Numbered from the stretch's first letter, positions 39,482 through 48,567 are shown. The stretch: 64,000 nucleotides of DNA from Deltaproteobacteria bacterium (GCA_003647275.1 QMMN01000004.1:1337-65336); one strand, 5' to 3'. Notes: generated by a model not told the origin, from the letters alone. Translations and numbers: made by a program.

Positions 39482-40192
39482 ATGATGAAATTATTGACCG
39501 ACATCGAACCAGAGGCAAAGGTAACTGTTAAGAAAATTGAGGGAGGCAGCGAGGTAAAAAGACAATTACAAGATCTGGGGATCTCCGAAGGAATCGAGCT
39601 TATTATGCTGGCACAAACACCGTCTCATGAACACAGCGGAGCCATTTCTGTGAAGATAGGCGACAGAGAGGTTGCATTGGGGCACGGAGTGGCAGAGAAG
39701 ATATATATGGACAAAGGTGGCGTTATGCTTTCCCTCCTCGAATTAGAGCAGGGAGACAAGGGCGTTGTCCGGGCGCTCGGAGGGGGTAAGGACTTTGTGG
39801 GTTGGCTCTCTGAGCTTGGTATCAATGAAGGAACCGAGGTGGAATTTCTGGGCCACAAGCCCGATAGTACTCTGATCTTTAGGGTGGAAGACAAAGAGAT
39901 AAAGATGGGTGAAGGGCAGGCATCGAAGGTGCTGGCACAGTATGAAGGAAGCCCCATCCAGATCAACTACCTGAAAGAAGGTGAAAAGGCTAACGTGATC
40001 AGGCTTATTGGTGGAACGAGCGTCAAGGAAAGGTTAGAAGAAATGGGGCTCAAGGAAGGGGCAGAGATAACCCTGATCCGCAAGGAAGCTGCTGCACCAA
40101 CTCCTGTGAGGGGAAAATATGTGCGTGCTCAATTAGGAGATCAGTTGATAACCATTGGTTATGGCACAGCACAAAAAGTCTGGGTGGAGTAA
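39482..40192 (+). CDS. Protein of three tandem FeoA domains
   Basis: Three repeats of GG...L..LG(I/L).EG.E...(V/I).(L/M/I)G.G.A.KV. Confidence 0.8.
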   Translation: MMKLLTDIEPEAKVTVKKIEGGSEVKRQLQDLGISEGIELIMLAQTPSHEHSGAISVKIGDREVALGHGVAEKIYMDKGGVMLSLLELEQGDKGVVRALGGGKDFVGWLSELGINEGTEVEFLGHKPDSTLIFRVEDKEIKMGEGQASKVLAQYEGSPIQINYLKEGEKANVIRLIGGTSVKERLEEMGLKEGAEITLIRKEAAAPTPVRGKYVRAQLGDQLITIGYGTAQKVWVE

Positions 40193-40215
40193 TAACATGA
40201 GCTGTGAGGTTCAAA

Positions 40216-41013
40216 ATGACAACAAGACAACTGGAAGTCTACGTAAAAAAACGATTTGACATGGGCATCTGTGAATTCATGAAGCATAAGGTGGAAGCAG
40301 AAAGCCTTTACGATTATGAACTTGCCAGCCTTCTGAACGTAGACGGCGCTTTTATCAGCAAGTTGAGAAAAGCCTTTGGAATCAAGAGGGCTAACGGCTT
40401 CCCGAGACGCTTTGAAAGCACTTACGGCAAGGGGGCCGTAGACACATTCAAAAAGATCATAGAGAATCCCGACAATACCCTGATCGATGTGGCCAGCCAT
40501 TTCGGGTTCTCCAGAGAATACGCCCGGCAGGTGTATAAAAAGCTCTATGGACGCCCCTATACCGAAATTTTCCGGGAAAAGATCCTGGCAAGGAAGCGTA
40601 AGAAGCTTGAGGCCAAAATGAAATCCACAAGATTTGTGTCGTTGGCAGAAGTTATAGAAAAGATGAGCTGCCTCGGTTTTGTCCCCCGTATTACAAATAA
40701 AGGGCCAGCGTTCACGATTTTTGTAAACGGCTACAAGCTGGCTCTCAGATGCACCTCAAAACCCATCTTACTTGGCAGGAAGCACTATTTTCGTATCAGT
40801 AATGGAATTGGCTCAAATATGGACTATGACTTTGTCATCTGCCTTTGCATGAACAACGGAAAGAGCACCCATTACGTTATTCCGCGGCATGCCATGCCAA
40901 GATACGGGGTTTCCATTCCGATCGAGGCAGGGCCTCTGGAAAGCAAGTACGCAAAGTTCAGGGAGGCTTGGCATTTGCTTGCCCATGAAAACCGGAGAGA
41001 GGAGGTATCATGA
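40216..41013 (+). CDS. Hypothetical DNA-binding protein: two HTH motifs plus a degenerate PD-(D/E)xK-like domain
   Basis: YELASLLNVDGAFISKLRK and LIDVASHFGFSREYARQV; C-terminal DFVICLC...HYVIP...KYAKFREAWHLL. Confidence 0.55.
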   Translation: MTTRQLEVYVKKRFDMGICEFMKHKVEAESLYDYELASLLNVDGAFISKLRKAFGIKRANGFPRRFESTYGKGAVDTFKKIIENPDNTLIDVASHFGFSREYARQVYKKLYGRPYTEIFREKILARKRKKLEAKMKSTRFVSLAEVIEKMSCLGFVPRITNKGPAFTIFVNGYKLALRCTSKPILLGRKHYFRISNGIGSNMDYDFVICLCMNNGKSTHYVIPRHAMPRYGVSIPIEAGPLESKYAKFREAWHLLAHENRREEVS

Positions 41014-41213
41014 CAGTCAAAGACGCAAAGCAGACTGACACGGACCCCATCCTTGGTGGAGCCCGATCCAGCAAGAACGTTAAATCAGGTGGCCAGCCAG
41101 GGTACATCAATTTCGGTTCATACCTGGACCCCTATAACAGCTTGAGCGCCAGGGTAAAAGCTGAAATTGATCGCCGCTTGTGCGGTTGCCGAGAAGACAA
41201 TCAGTCGAAATAG
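41010..41213 (+). CDS. Small hypothetical protein
   Basis: ATGA overlap with the upstream gene; RBS GAGGAGG. Confidence 0.5.
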   Translation: MTVKDAKQTDTDPILGGARSSKNVKSGGQPGYINFGSYLDPYNSLSARVKAEIDRRLCGCREDNQSK

Positions 41214-41508
41214 TTGCTACAGTTCGCTGGCAGGCTATTTAATGCAAGATGGGAAAAATGCCAAGGTTAAGCAATAGAAGATTGAAAATAAAGCACAACA
41301 GGTCCCAGCATCAGCGCATTAGAACCAGCAGGGGCACAAGGACCATGTCAAAGATCTGGCTACAGTGGATGGGTCCTCCGAAGATAACCAGATATCAGAC
41401 GCGCAAAGAGCCGTGAAGTATATAACCGGAGGCAGGAGCAATAATGTGGCAAAGTAGAATTAATAGATTATGGAAGACGCAATCTCCCCTAAGGGATGAA
41501 ATACTTGT

Positions 41509-43203
41509 ATGAAAAGCAGCTTTAAGATGTATGCCCAAAAGGCAAACGCTAAGGATAACGAGGCAGCGCTGGTTTTTTGCGACCATGTGATGCCTGAGAT
41601 GAATGACGTTGTTGAAGACAAAGACTTTTCAAAGAATCGTACACTTGAGGTAAAATTGGCTGAAGAAAAAATTTTTCATCAGACTATTGTGAGGACCGCC
41701 CAGGTTCTTATTATTGTGCTCGATTCTGATGGTCGCATTTTAGTTTTCAATGAAAAATGCCGGATGGTGACCGGATATTCATCGAACGAAGTGTTAGGCA
41801 AAAAGATATGGGATGTTCTTCTATCAGAGCCGGATTCTGAGACCTTCCAGGAAATGTTCAGGGACCTTGAGAGAAATTTTCGCACGAACTTTGAAAATAC
41901 CTTGCTTACAAAAAACGGTGAGAGTCGCACGATAGTCTGGAATAACACGCTGATTAGAAAGCCACCAAAGATTCTCTGGGTTGTCGCAACCGGAGAAGAT
42001 GTTACGGAGCGACGGGCGCTTGAGACTCAGCTTCGCCATGTCCAGAAAATGGAGGCAGTAGGAACCCTGGCTGGCGGCATTGCCCACGACTTTAACAACA
42101 TGTTGACCGGTATCCTGGGCAATATTTCTTTGGCTAAAATGCTATCGCCGGAAGAATCCAAAATACACCAGCTTTTACATCAAGCGGAAGAAGCCGCTGA
42201 ACGGGCCGGAGAACTGACCAAACAACTTTTAGGTTTTTCGAGAAAACAGCAACCGAATTTTGGTCCAACTGACGTCAATAAAACAGTAGACAAAATTGTG
42301 TCTCTGATTCGTCGGTCTTTCCCCGAAAACATTGAGATAAAAACCGAATTCGACAAGCTTATTCCAACCATTAAAGCAGATCCCAGCCAACTGGAGCAGG
42401 TTTTGTTGAATCTGGCGATAAATGCTCGCGATGCCATGCCGGAAGGGGGACATATAATATTCAGGACAAAGATTGTAGAAATTAATGAGAAGTTTATAAA
42501 GAAATATTCCTATGCCAGGTGCGGTTTCTTTGTTCGGATATCGATTATCGATACCGGAACAGGTATGGACAAACAAACCCAATCCCGTATCTTTGAACCC
42601 TTTTTTACGACAAAGAAAGATAAAGGAACAGGGCTGGGATTGGCAATGTGCTACGGTTTGATTAAAAACCATGAAGGGTGGATCAATCTCCACTCTGACG
42701 CTGGTATCGGTACAACATTTGAAATCTATCTGCCTGTGATCAAAGCAAAGGAAGAGGAAAGACATTGTGAGGTTCTCACGCTCTGCGACATGCCACGGGG
42801 CAGTGAAACCATCCTTCTGGCGGATGACACTGAAGCGGTACTTTTTTCTTGCCGCCACATGCTTGAATGCCTTGGCTACAAAGCGCTGGTTGCCCGCGAT
42901 GGGCATGAGGCATATGATATTTATGAGCAAAGCAGAGATGAGGTGTCATTAGTGGTTACAGATCTGGTAATGCCGCGATGCGGAGGTCGTGAACTGCTTA
43001 AACGGTTGCGCAGCAACGGGCATCAGGTGCCGGTGATACTGGCGAGCGGCTATGCTATAACCAGTAATTCGATTGCAGAGATAGAGGAAGAGGGATTCTC
43101 GGGTTTTGTGCCAAAACCCTTTACGCTTGTCTCTCTGGCAAGCGTGGTTCGCAGTGTTTTGGATGCACATGAAAATAAAAGCGGAAAGGACGACCATGTA
43201 TGA
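41509..43203 (+). CDS. Cytoplasmic hybrid sensor kinase (PAS-HisKA-HATPase-REC)
   Basis: [57 protein letters not shown] and KPF. Confidence 0.93.
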   Translation: MKSSFKMYAQKANAKDNEAALVFCDHVMPEMNDVVEDKDFSKNRTLEVKLAEEKIFHQTIVRTAQVLIIVLDSDGRILVFNEKCRMVTGYSSNEVLGKKIWDVLLSEPDSETFQEMFRDLERNFRTNFENTLLTKNGESRTIVWNNTLIRKPPKILWVVATGEDVTERRALETQLRHVQKMEAVGTLAGGIAHDFNNMLTGILGNISLAKMLSPEESKIHQLLHQAEEAAERAGELTKQLLGFSRKQQPNFGPTDVNKTVDKIVSLIRRSFPENIEIKTEFDKLIPTIKADPSQLEQVLLNLAINARDAMPEGGHIIFRTKIVEINEKFIKKYSYARCGFFVRISIIDTGTGMDKQTQSRIFEPFFTTKKDKGTGLGLAMCYGLIKNHEGWINLHSDAGIGTTFEIYLPVIKAKEEERHCEVLTLCDMPRGSETILLADDTEAVLFSCRHMLECLGYKALVARDGHEAYDIYEQSRDEVSLVVTDLVMPRCGGRELLKRLRSNGHQVPVILASGYAITSNSIAEIEEEGFSGFVPKPFTLVSLASVVRSVLDAHENKSGKDDHV

Positions 43204-43301
43204 TGGAAACAATCGATAAACTGAACAGAATCGGATGGATCGTTTTCACTGGCAGCTTAGCGGGAATGGTATTTCTGGTCATTTGGGGGCTGTCAAGATG
43301 A
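43200..43301 (+). CDS. 33-aa single-pass membrane peptide (absent from the ORF track)
   Basis: [33 protein letters not shown]; ATGA overlap with the kinase stop; upstream AGGA. Confidence 0.5.
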   Translation: MMETIDKLNRIGWIVFTGSLAGMVFLVIWGLSR

Positions 43302-43347
43302 CTACGTCCCTACACAAAGCGAAGAAGAACCCAAGGGGGATGCCGAC

Positions 43348-43647
43348 ATGAAAAACAACTTCACAATGTACGCCGAAAAGGTGAACGGAGCAATACATGT
43401 CAACCTCTCGGGACGACTCGACGTATCACGGGCCGTGGAAATCCTCCGTTTCCTGCATTTGTATGCTCGGGGAAAGTGTCCGATTGTCGTGGAGGCGTCC
43501 AATTTGTCTCCAGACAACAGTACGAGCTTTGATGTCCTTCAAAAAGGCCTTCAAAGACTTTCCGACCTTGGCCATCCCATTCGACATTCCACCCTGCAGA
43601 TTGAGGGCGACCGGATAAGAAAACCTAATTCTATTGCGAATTGGTGA
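43348..43647 (+). CDS. STAS-like (anti-sigma antagonist-like) small protein
   Basis: IHVNLSGRLDVSRA...IVVEASNL resembles the STAS beta-alpha start. Confidence 0.55.
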   Translation: MKNNFTMYAEKVNGAIHVNLSGRLDVSRAVEILRFLHLYARGKCPIVVEASNLSPDNSTSFDVLQKGLQRLSDLGHPIRHSTLQIEGDRIRKPNSIANW

Positions 43648-43756
43648 AGATTGAGGAAATTGAGGCGTTGACTTTTTCTTGGCCTTATAGTAACTGCGAC
43701 TCATTAAAGACTGGCGTTGTGCTGTCCGTTTCAGACCAATCTACTATGAACTGCCA

Positions 43757-43951
43757 ATGAACAGTAATGCATTTTCAATCAAAGAAGTGGCGGAATATTT
43801 CGGGGTATCAACGCGTACTATCAGGGACTGGCTGAAGAGAGACGAGAGCTTCCCCCGACCGTTCAAGAAGTTCGGGACTCTGAGATTCCGGCGGGAGGAA
43901 ATCGAGAAATACTGGGCAAGGAACACATGGGGTAAGAGAAAATTCATGTGA
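43757..43951 (+). CDS. Excisionase/AlpA-like HTH protein
   Basis: FSIKEVAEYFGVSTRTIRDW...FP.P...G.LRFRREEIEKY. Confidence 0.8.
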   Translation: MNSNAFSIKEVAEYFGVSTRTIRDWLKRDESFPRPFKKFGTLRFRREEIEKYWARNTWGKRKFM

Positions 43952-43974
43952 AACATTCTTTAAGGAAGTGAAAA

Positions 43975-44247
43975 GTGACAGTTCAAGAAGCACTTAACCA
44001 AAGCGCCCAGGAGCTTCAACAACAGCTTGAGGAGCATCGGCGCCTGCTGGTTCGAGCAATTGAAGGAGATGCCGGCGGTATCGAAATCGAGAACTGCCTG
44101 CTGCTGGCCTGTCCGCACAAACGCACTCTCAAAGGGGTCCTTGCGGAGACCATCGGAGTGTTGGAGGAAACACGAAAAGCTTTCAAATCCAAACGGCTTG
44201 AGGTCTTGAGGAAGAAACTGATCCGGGTACTGGCGGAAAATGCCTGA
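43975..44247 (+). CDS. Helical hypothetical protein
   Basis: GTG start; C-terminal ETIGVLEETRKAFKSKRLEVLRKKL. Confidence 0.6.
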   Translation: MTVQEALNQSAQELQQQLEEHRRLLVRAIEGDAGGIEIENCLLLACPHKRTLKGVLAETIGVLEETRKAFKSKRLEVLRKKLIRVLAENA

Positions 44248-44289
44248 CCCGTCAAGTCGGCAAGAGAAGTCCTAATGCATAATACAAAT

Positions 44290-44492
44290 TTAGACACGGA
44301 TTACACGGATGGCCACGGATTAGGTTTTATATTGTTTGAACAATGGCGCCATTGTTCAAACAACGCTTCCATTTCATAAATGCTGGCGCATTTATGAAAT
44401 AAAGGGCAGTGTAATCAGTGCCTCTTTTCAAGCCGTTAAGGCGCAAATCCGTTTCAGAGATTTTTTAAGTTCGCCCGAAGGGCGCTAAGTTC
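44290..44492. repeat. Stack of short repeats and perfect palindromes
   Basis: CACGGAT 9-mer repeats; GTTTGAACAATGGCGCCATTGTTCAAAC (44334-44361); ATTTCATAAATGC-TGGC-GCATTTATGAAAT (44371-44400); GCCCGAAGGGCGCTAAGTTC. Confidence 0.85.
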
Positions 44493-44498
44493 ATCACG

Positions 44499-44696
44499 AT
44501 GCTGACAACAAACAAGGAAGTCAAAGCAAGGATTCTCGAGCTGTACGATGAACTATTTTCTCATAATGGGTATGGCGAGATGAAGGTGGAGATAAGAATA
44601 CTGCGCCGGAGGCAGAAGGAGATCATCATCCACTGCGGCAAACAGTATCGTTTTGTAGTAGATTACGAGAATAGGGGTCGCACCAAATTCGCTTGA
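44499..44696 (+). CDS. Small hypothetical protein (helix followed by beta strands)
   Basis: LELYDELFSHNGYGEMKVEIRILRRRQKEIIIHCGKQYRFVVD; reads as protein-like; stop overlaps the kinase start. Confidence 0.65.
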   Translation: MLTTNKEVKARILELYDELFSHNGYGEMKVEIRILRRRQKEIIIHCGKQYRFVVDYENRGRTKFA

Positions 44697-45619
44697 GTAC
44701 AACCCAAGGCTTGGGGGATGAACCGCCTGAAACAAACGCGGCCTCCAGTGTCAGAAAAAAACCTGATGGAGCAAAAAAGGTGAATATAGGTGAATGGATC
44801 GATGGCAGATATATTATCGAGGAACGAATCGGCGCCGGTGGGTTTGGAACCGTATGGAAAGCAGTGGAGAGCAAACGAGAAGAGTTTGTGGCCGTAAAGG
44901 AGGTCAGGCACAAATGGCTCAATTCGCCTAAGATGCTAAATTATTTCAAAAACGAATTCAAGGTGCTCGAAAGATTGAGCCATGAGAGTACCGTATGCCC
45001 CATTGACCTCGTGCGTGGCAATGGCACATACCTGATCATTATGGAATATCTATGCGGCGGTTCCCTATCTCAAAGGCTCCGCCACAGTGAGCCATTGGAG
45101 ATAAGTACTGCACTGTTGATTACTGTGAGGATGTTAGACGTCCTTAAGGCCTGCAGCAGGCTGAAAATCATCCACAGGGACATCAAGCCATCAAATATAC
45201 TTTTTGCGGACAAGAGCTTTGAGCAGCCAAAACTCGGCGACTTCGGACTTGCCTGCTTTAAGAGCGAGCTACTTGCGCTCTCTCCGCGGGCGATCGGCTC
45301 AGAGATAGCAGGGACCCTGACATACATGTCCCCGGAACAACTCAACGGAAAGAAACTGAGTGTCAAAACCGACATCTATTCCCTTGGAATGACACTGTAC
45401 AAGATGTTGACTGGCCGGTTGTTCTTTGACCCTGAACTGCTCAGCCGGGCTGGTATCAAAAGGGCGATTCTCCGCCCTTTTAGAGAGCATCCGGGCCGCT
45501 ACCGGCCGGACCTGCCATACTGGTTGGATGAGCTGGTTATGAATATGATATCTGTTGAGCCGCGTAAGCGCCCCGGAGACCCTCAGGCGGTGCTGGATGT
45601 TATAGAAAGGAATTCATAG
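44693..45619 (+). CDS. Stand-alone Hanks-type Ser/Thr protein kinase
   Basis: IGAGGFGTV, VAVK, HRDIKPSN, DFG, GTLTYMSPEQ, DIYSLG; no TM or sensor domain. Confidence 0.93.
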   Translation: MSTTQGLGDEPPETNAASSVRKKPDGAKKVNIGEWIDGRYIIEERIGAGGFGTVWKAVESKREEFVAVKEVRHKWLNSPKMLNYFKNEFKVLERLSHESTVCPIDLVRGNGTYLIIMEYLCGGSLSQRLRHSEPLEISTALLITVRMLDVLKACSRLKIIHRDIKPSNILFADKSFEQPKLGDFGLACFKSELLALSPRAIGSEIAGTLTYMSPEQLNGKKLSVKTDIYSLGMTLYKMLTGRLFFDPELLSRAGIKRAILRPFREHPGRYRPDLPYWLDELVMNMISVEPRKRPGDPQAVLDVIERNS

Positions 45620-45751
45620 TCTTTCAGAAGAAAAATTTTAGGTTATCTATTCTGATAGCACTGGTACCTTCGCTTCGCTCCGTCGGGAGCGGTGTACTGG
45701 ATGGAGAGATTTAATTACAGGGAAGCGGGACCGAAGAATGGGCGGGCAGAA

Positions 45752-46417
45752 CTATACTACCTGAGACAAGCTTTTCACTTCATTCACATAGAATTCTTTG
45801 ATTTCGAGCCAGTCGCAAGAAGCTATCATGCTTGGCATGGGCTCCTTTTCGGCATCATCAAAATAGCACAGGCTTCGAAGAATATGATTCGTGTTAAATT
45901 GAACCCCAACATATTTTCGTGGGAGTTCCGGGATGAGAGAGTGGATTGGTTTGAATTTCTTGGCGACAAAAAACAGATCGATGAAATCCTTTATGGATCC
46001 TCGTTGGAAAATCGCCACTATTTTCATCAAGGCGATATCAAGTACAGAAGCCACGTGGAGGCCATTCCATTCAATCAAGGGCTCCAACAACCTGTAAGGA
46101 TATTCAAATAAACTTATACGTACGCGATCAAGATCGCCGATGATAGTCCCCTTTCCCGTTTGGTCAAGTCGGAGATCTCCTATAGTCCTTAGATAATTGA
46201 TTATCGTCATTTCTTCGAAGCCTGATTGAGTAAACAAATCAAGGTCTATGGAGGTCCGGTGGCCCAGATGTAAGGCAAGAGCCGTCCCTCCTGCAAGATA
46301 GAAAGGGCTCAGCCACGGGCGGCCTTTGATTTTCTCGATCAGCCTGCCGGTATCGGGTGAAAGGGTTTCTGAAAACAACGGATTTCTCTTCTTGAAATGC
46401 TTAACAGAATTGCCCAA
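45752..46417 (-). CDS. AbiEii-family nucleotidyltransferase toxin (type IV TA); probable start TTG 46378
   Basis: FYLAGGTALALHLGHRTSIDLDLF, DIALMK, RGSIKDFIDL. Confidence 0.9.
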   Translation of the reverse strand: MGNSVKHFKKRNPLFSETLSPDTGRLIEKIKGRPWLSPFYLAGGTALALHLGHRTSIDLDLFTQSGFEEMTIINYLRTIGDLRLDQTGKGTIIGDLDRVRISLFEYPYRLLEPLIEWNGLHVASVLDIALMKIVAIFQRGSIKDFIDLFFVAKKFKPIHSLIPELPRKYVGVQFNTNHILRSLCYFDDAEKEPMPSMIASCDWLEIKEFYVNEVKSLSQVV

Positions 46418-46659
46418 AGGTTTGCTGTGCGCGGGGAGAGCCTGCGACTTGATTTAACAACTTTTCTAATGGCTTCATCCCCGATGATTTGCCTCAAAAA
46501 TCGGACATCTTTCCATTGTCCATATTCCAGTACGCGCTCAATGGTGTGGTCCGGCCAATCAAGAAGTTCACGACCTGTAAATCGACTATCCCAGAAATAG
46601 GCCCTGAAATGGTCTGGGAGTAATCTTTGAGATTTCTCTGTTGATTTGGTATCATCCAT
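46339..46659 (-). CDS. Cognate antitoxin-like protein (DUF6922-like)
   Basis: RAYFWD...TIERVLEYG...LSPRTANLW; overlaps the toxin start. Confidence 0.75.
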   Translation of the reverse strand: MDDTKSTEKSQRLLPDHFRAYFWDSRFTGRELLDWPDHTIERVLEYGQWKDVRFLRQIIGDEAIRKVVKSSRRLSPRTANLWAILLSISRREIRCFQKPFHPIPAG

Positions 46660-46734
46660 AATTTAACGTTTCGGAATTTCTACAACCCTTTGAAATTATA
46701 AGCTATGTTGAGGCAGTCTTTTGCTGCTCTGCAT

Positions 46735-46921
46735 ATGGAATAATGGAATGTTGGAATAATGGAATGTTGGGTTTTGCGAGATTTTGCGAGTTTGTAATAA
46801 TGCAAGCAAATTGGCCTCATGATCGTTGGGTTTCGTTCCTCAACCCAACCTACAAAATCTGAACCCATTATTCCAACATTCCATTATTCCAATATTCCAA
46901 TTGGGGCGAAGCCCCTAAGTT
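46735..46921. mobile_element. MITE-like element of inverted octamer arrays with a nested GTAG-type REP
   Basis: GGAATAAT/GGAATGTT repeats versus ATTATTCC/AACATTCC repeats; end GGGGCGAAGCCCCTAAGTTC; minus-strand GTAGGTTGGGTTGAGGAACGAAACCCAACG at 46824-46853. Confidence 0.7.
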
Positions 46922-47066
46922 CTGTTTACACGAGGTAGATAGAGTTGTCAAGGGATCCGGCGCGGATTCCCCCCCCTTTTTGTAAAGGGGGCAGGGGGGA
47001 TTTTGGAAATAGTGACTTGGGCCTTTGAAGAGGAGCGCAAAAAAATCTTTCTTGTGAAAAAAAAGC

Positions 47067-47095
47067 TTGACATGGAATTCGCGTCGTGTTATTGA
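47067..47095 (+). promoter_or_regulatory. Sigma-70 promoter candidate for the pilin cluster
   Basis: TTGACA-17 bp-TATTGA with upstream A-tracts. Confidence 0.5.
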
Positions 47096-47183
47096 GCATG
47101 TAACTCAATTAGGATAAGCGTTTTATCTAAAGGAACTCCTTACGGTCTTTTGTTCCCGCAGTGGCGGGAAGCAGGAGAAAGTG

Positions 47184-47230
47184 AAGGCGTGACTTGGATT
47201 GCGGAAAGCAGTCTGGTTGCGCCTTTTTTT
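47184..47230 (+). terminator. Intrinsic terminator/attenuator inside the pilin-cluster leader
   Basis: AAGGCGTGAC-TTGGATTGC-GGAAA-GCAGTCTG-GTTGCGCCTT followed by a T run; G-U pairs work only on the + strand. Confidence 0.65.
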
Positions 47231-47249
47231 GTGGTCATGTTTGTGAGTG

Positions 47250-47359
47250 GTCAGTAGTCAGTGGCTTCGACAGAGGCGAATCATATGTCGTCCAAATGAC
47301 AGATAACAGACGACAGATGACCAATGACAAATAACCAATGACAAATGACAAATGACAAA
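47250..47359. repeat. Inverted heptamer array (GTCAGT(A/G) ... AATGAC(A/C))
   Basis: Same unit family as 8640-8840 and 56092-56222. Confidence 0.8.
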
Positions 47360-47508
47360 CCGAAAGGAGGTGATGGGGAGCAGGTTGATGCCCCTGTCGC
47401 TGCGGGTGCGAAGGTAAACTAGGAATCAAGAATCTTAGCGGGCAGGCTCTGTGGGGGAGGCGTCTCGCAAGGGAAAGAACAAAACAGAAAAATTAGGAGA
47501 AGCAAAAC

Positions 47509-48510
47509 ATGAAAGCAAGAAATCAGAAAGGTTTTACCCTGCTTGAGATGCTGGTGGTCCTCATGGTCATGGGATTCCTGCTTGCCATGATCGCCCCGAG
47601 GCTTCTGGGCGTCTTTCAGGGTGCAGAGGATGACATTTGCGACACGAACATCAAAGAGTCCAAAAAGTACGTGGCAGCCTTTGAGATGAATTACAACAAG
47701 CTGCCCGATAAGATGATTGTTCCCGGGTACAATGATACTGCTGGCACATGGTATGGGCCAACCGAGGAAAATATAACTGCAGAAGGCAATGAGGTATTTA
47801 CAACTGCCATCCTGGAGCGGATCAGGCTCATGCCCCATACCCTGAACGCGGATGAGATTGATGAGATCATGAATGACCTCGGGATTCGTGAGGTAGTGGT
47901 GCTCAATAACCCGGATGATATCCAGGCAGCAGCTAAGAATGACATTTGGGGTAATGCACTTCCTACTACTGGTACCACTGAGGATAGTCAATTTAAACTA
48001 ATAACGCTTGACCCAACTGCAACGTATACCTGGCCTATGATCGGCGCTGGTGATGCTGCTGGTGATGGTACAGGCTGGGCTGCTCATGCTGATTGGGATA
48101 CAGCCGCAAACGACGGAACCATTGGCGATCCAAGATGGGTTTACCGGCTTATTCTGGGCATCGGTCCTGATTGCGAGCTTTTGCACAGGATCGTTGCGGC
48201 TGAAGGGACATGCCCGAGCTTTGAGAGGGCAGCAGCAGACGATACCATGTGGGGCTGGTACGTAGTGGTTCTGCCACGTTTAGAGAATACTGTGGCAAAA
48301 CTCGTAGCTAACCCCGGCATGATTCAGGAGGTAACATGCGCGGCTGAGGATAACACTGACGCAACAGCACAGAGAAAGACGTTTGATTTGAGCGAGGTGG
48401 ACGAGGAGTACAAGAGGGCTGCTTTTGACGTCTTTTGCCCGGAAGGCCACAGGTATCCTGAAGTGGTAGAGGTGTGGCAGGTTGATGGTGTTGCTCCTGT
48501 CAGATTCTAA
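47509..48510 (+). CDS. Long (333-aa) type IV pilin-like protein, candidate major subunit
   Basis: Class III signal KG|FTLLE; acidic C-terminal domain with five Cys; followed by a terminator. Confidence 0.85.
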   Translation: MKARNQKGFTLLEMLVVLMVMGFLLAMIAPRLLGVFQGAEDDICDTNIKESKKYVAAFEMNYNKLPDKMIVPGYNDTAGTWYGPTEENITAEGNEVFTTAILERIRLMPHTLNADEIDEIMNDLGIREVVVLNNPDDIQAAAKNDIWGNALPTTGTTEDSQFKLITLDPTATYTWPMIGAGDAAGDGTGWAAHADWDTAANDGTIGDPRWVYRLILGIGPDCELLHRIVAAEGTCPSFERAAADDTMWGWYVVVLPRLENTVAKLVANPGMIQEVTCAAEDNTDATAQRKTFDLSEVDEEYKRAAFDVFCPEGHRYPEVVEVWQVDGVAPVRF

Positions 48511-48527
48511 TCTCTGCTAACAACCAC

Positions 48528-48556
48528 GGGGCGGGGAAATTCCCCGCCCCTTCTTT
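48528..48556 (+). terminator. Intrinsic terminator after the first pilin
   Basis: GGGGCGGGGA-AAT-TCCCCGCCCC-TTCTTT. Confidence 0.75.
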
Positions 48557-48567
48557 ATGAGGAAGCC

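Noticed and set aside
41245-41512. Short ORFs and a stop-interrupted frame upstream of the kinase
   Set aside because: No recognisable product; TAG readthrough is unsupported because no pyl genes are seen.
43757-46659. Prophage or ICE call
   Set aside because: No integrase, att/tRNA site, or structural or conjugation genes in the window.
47412-47470. GGTAAAC...hairpin resembling a c-di-GMP-I riboswitch before the pilin
   Set aside because: Lacks the GNRA loop, GACGCAAAGC and the P3 consensus.
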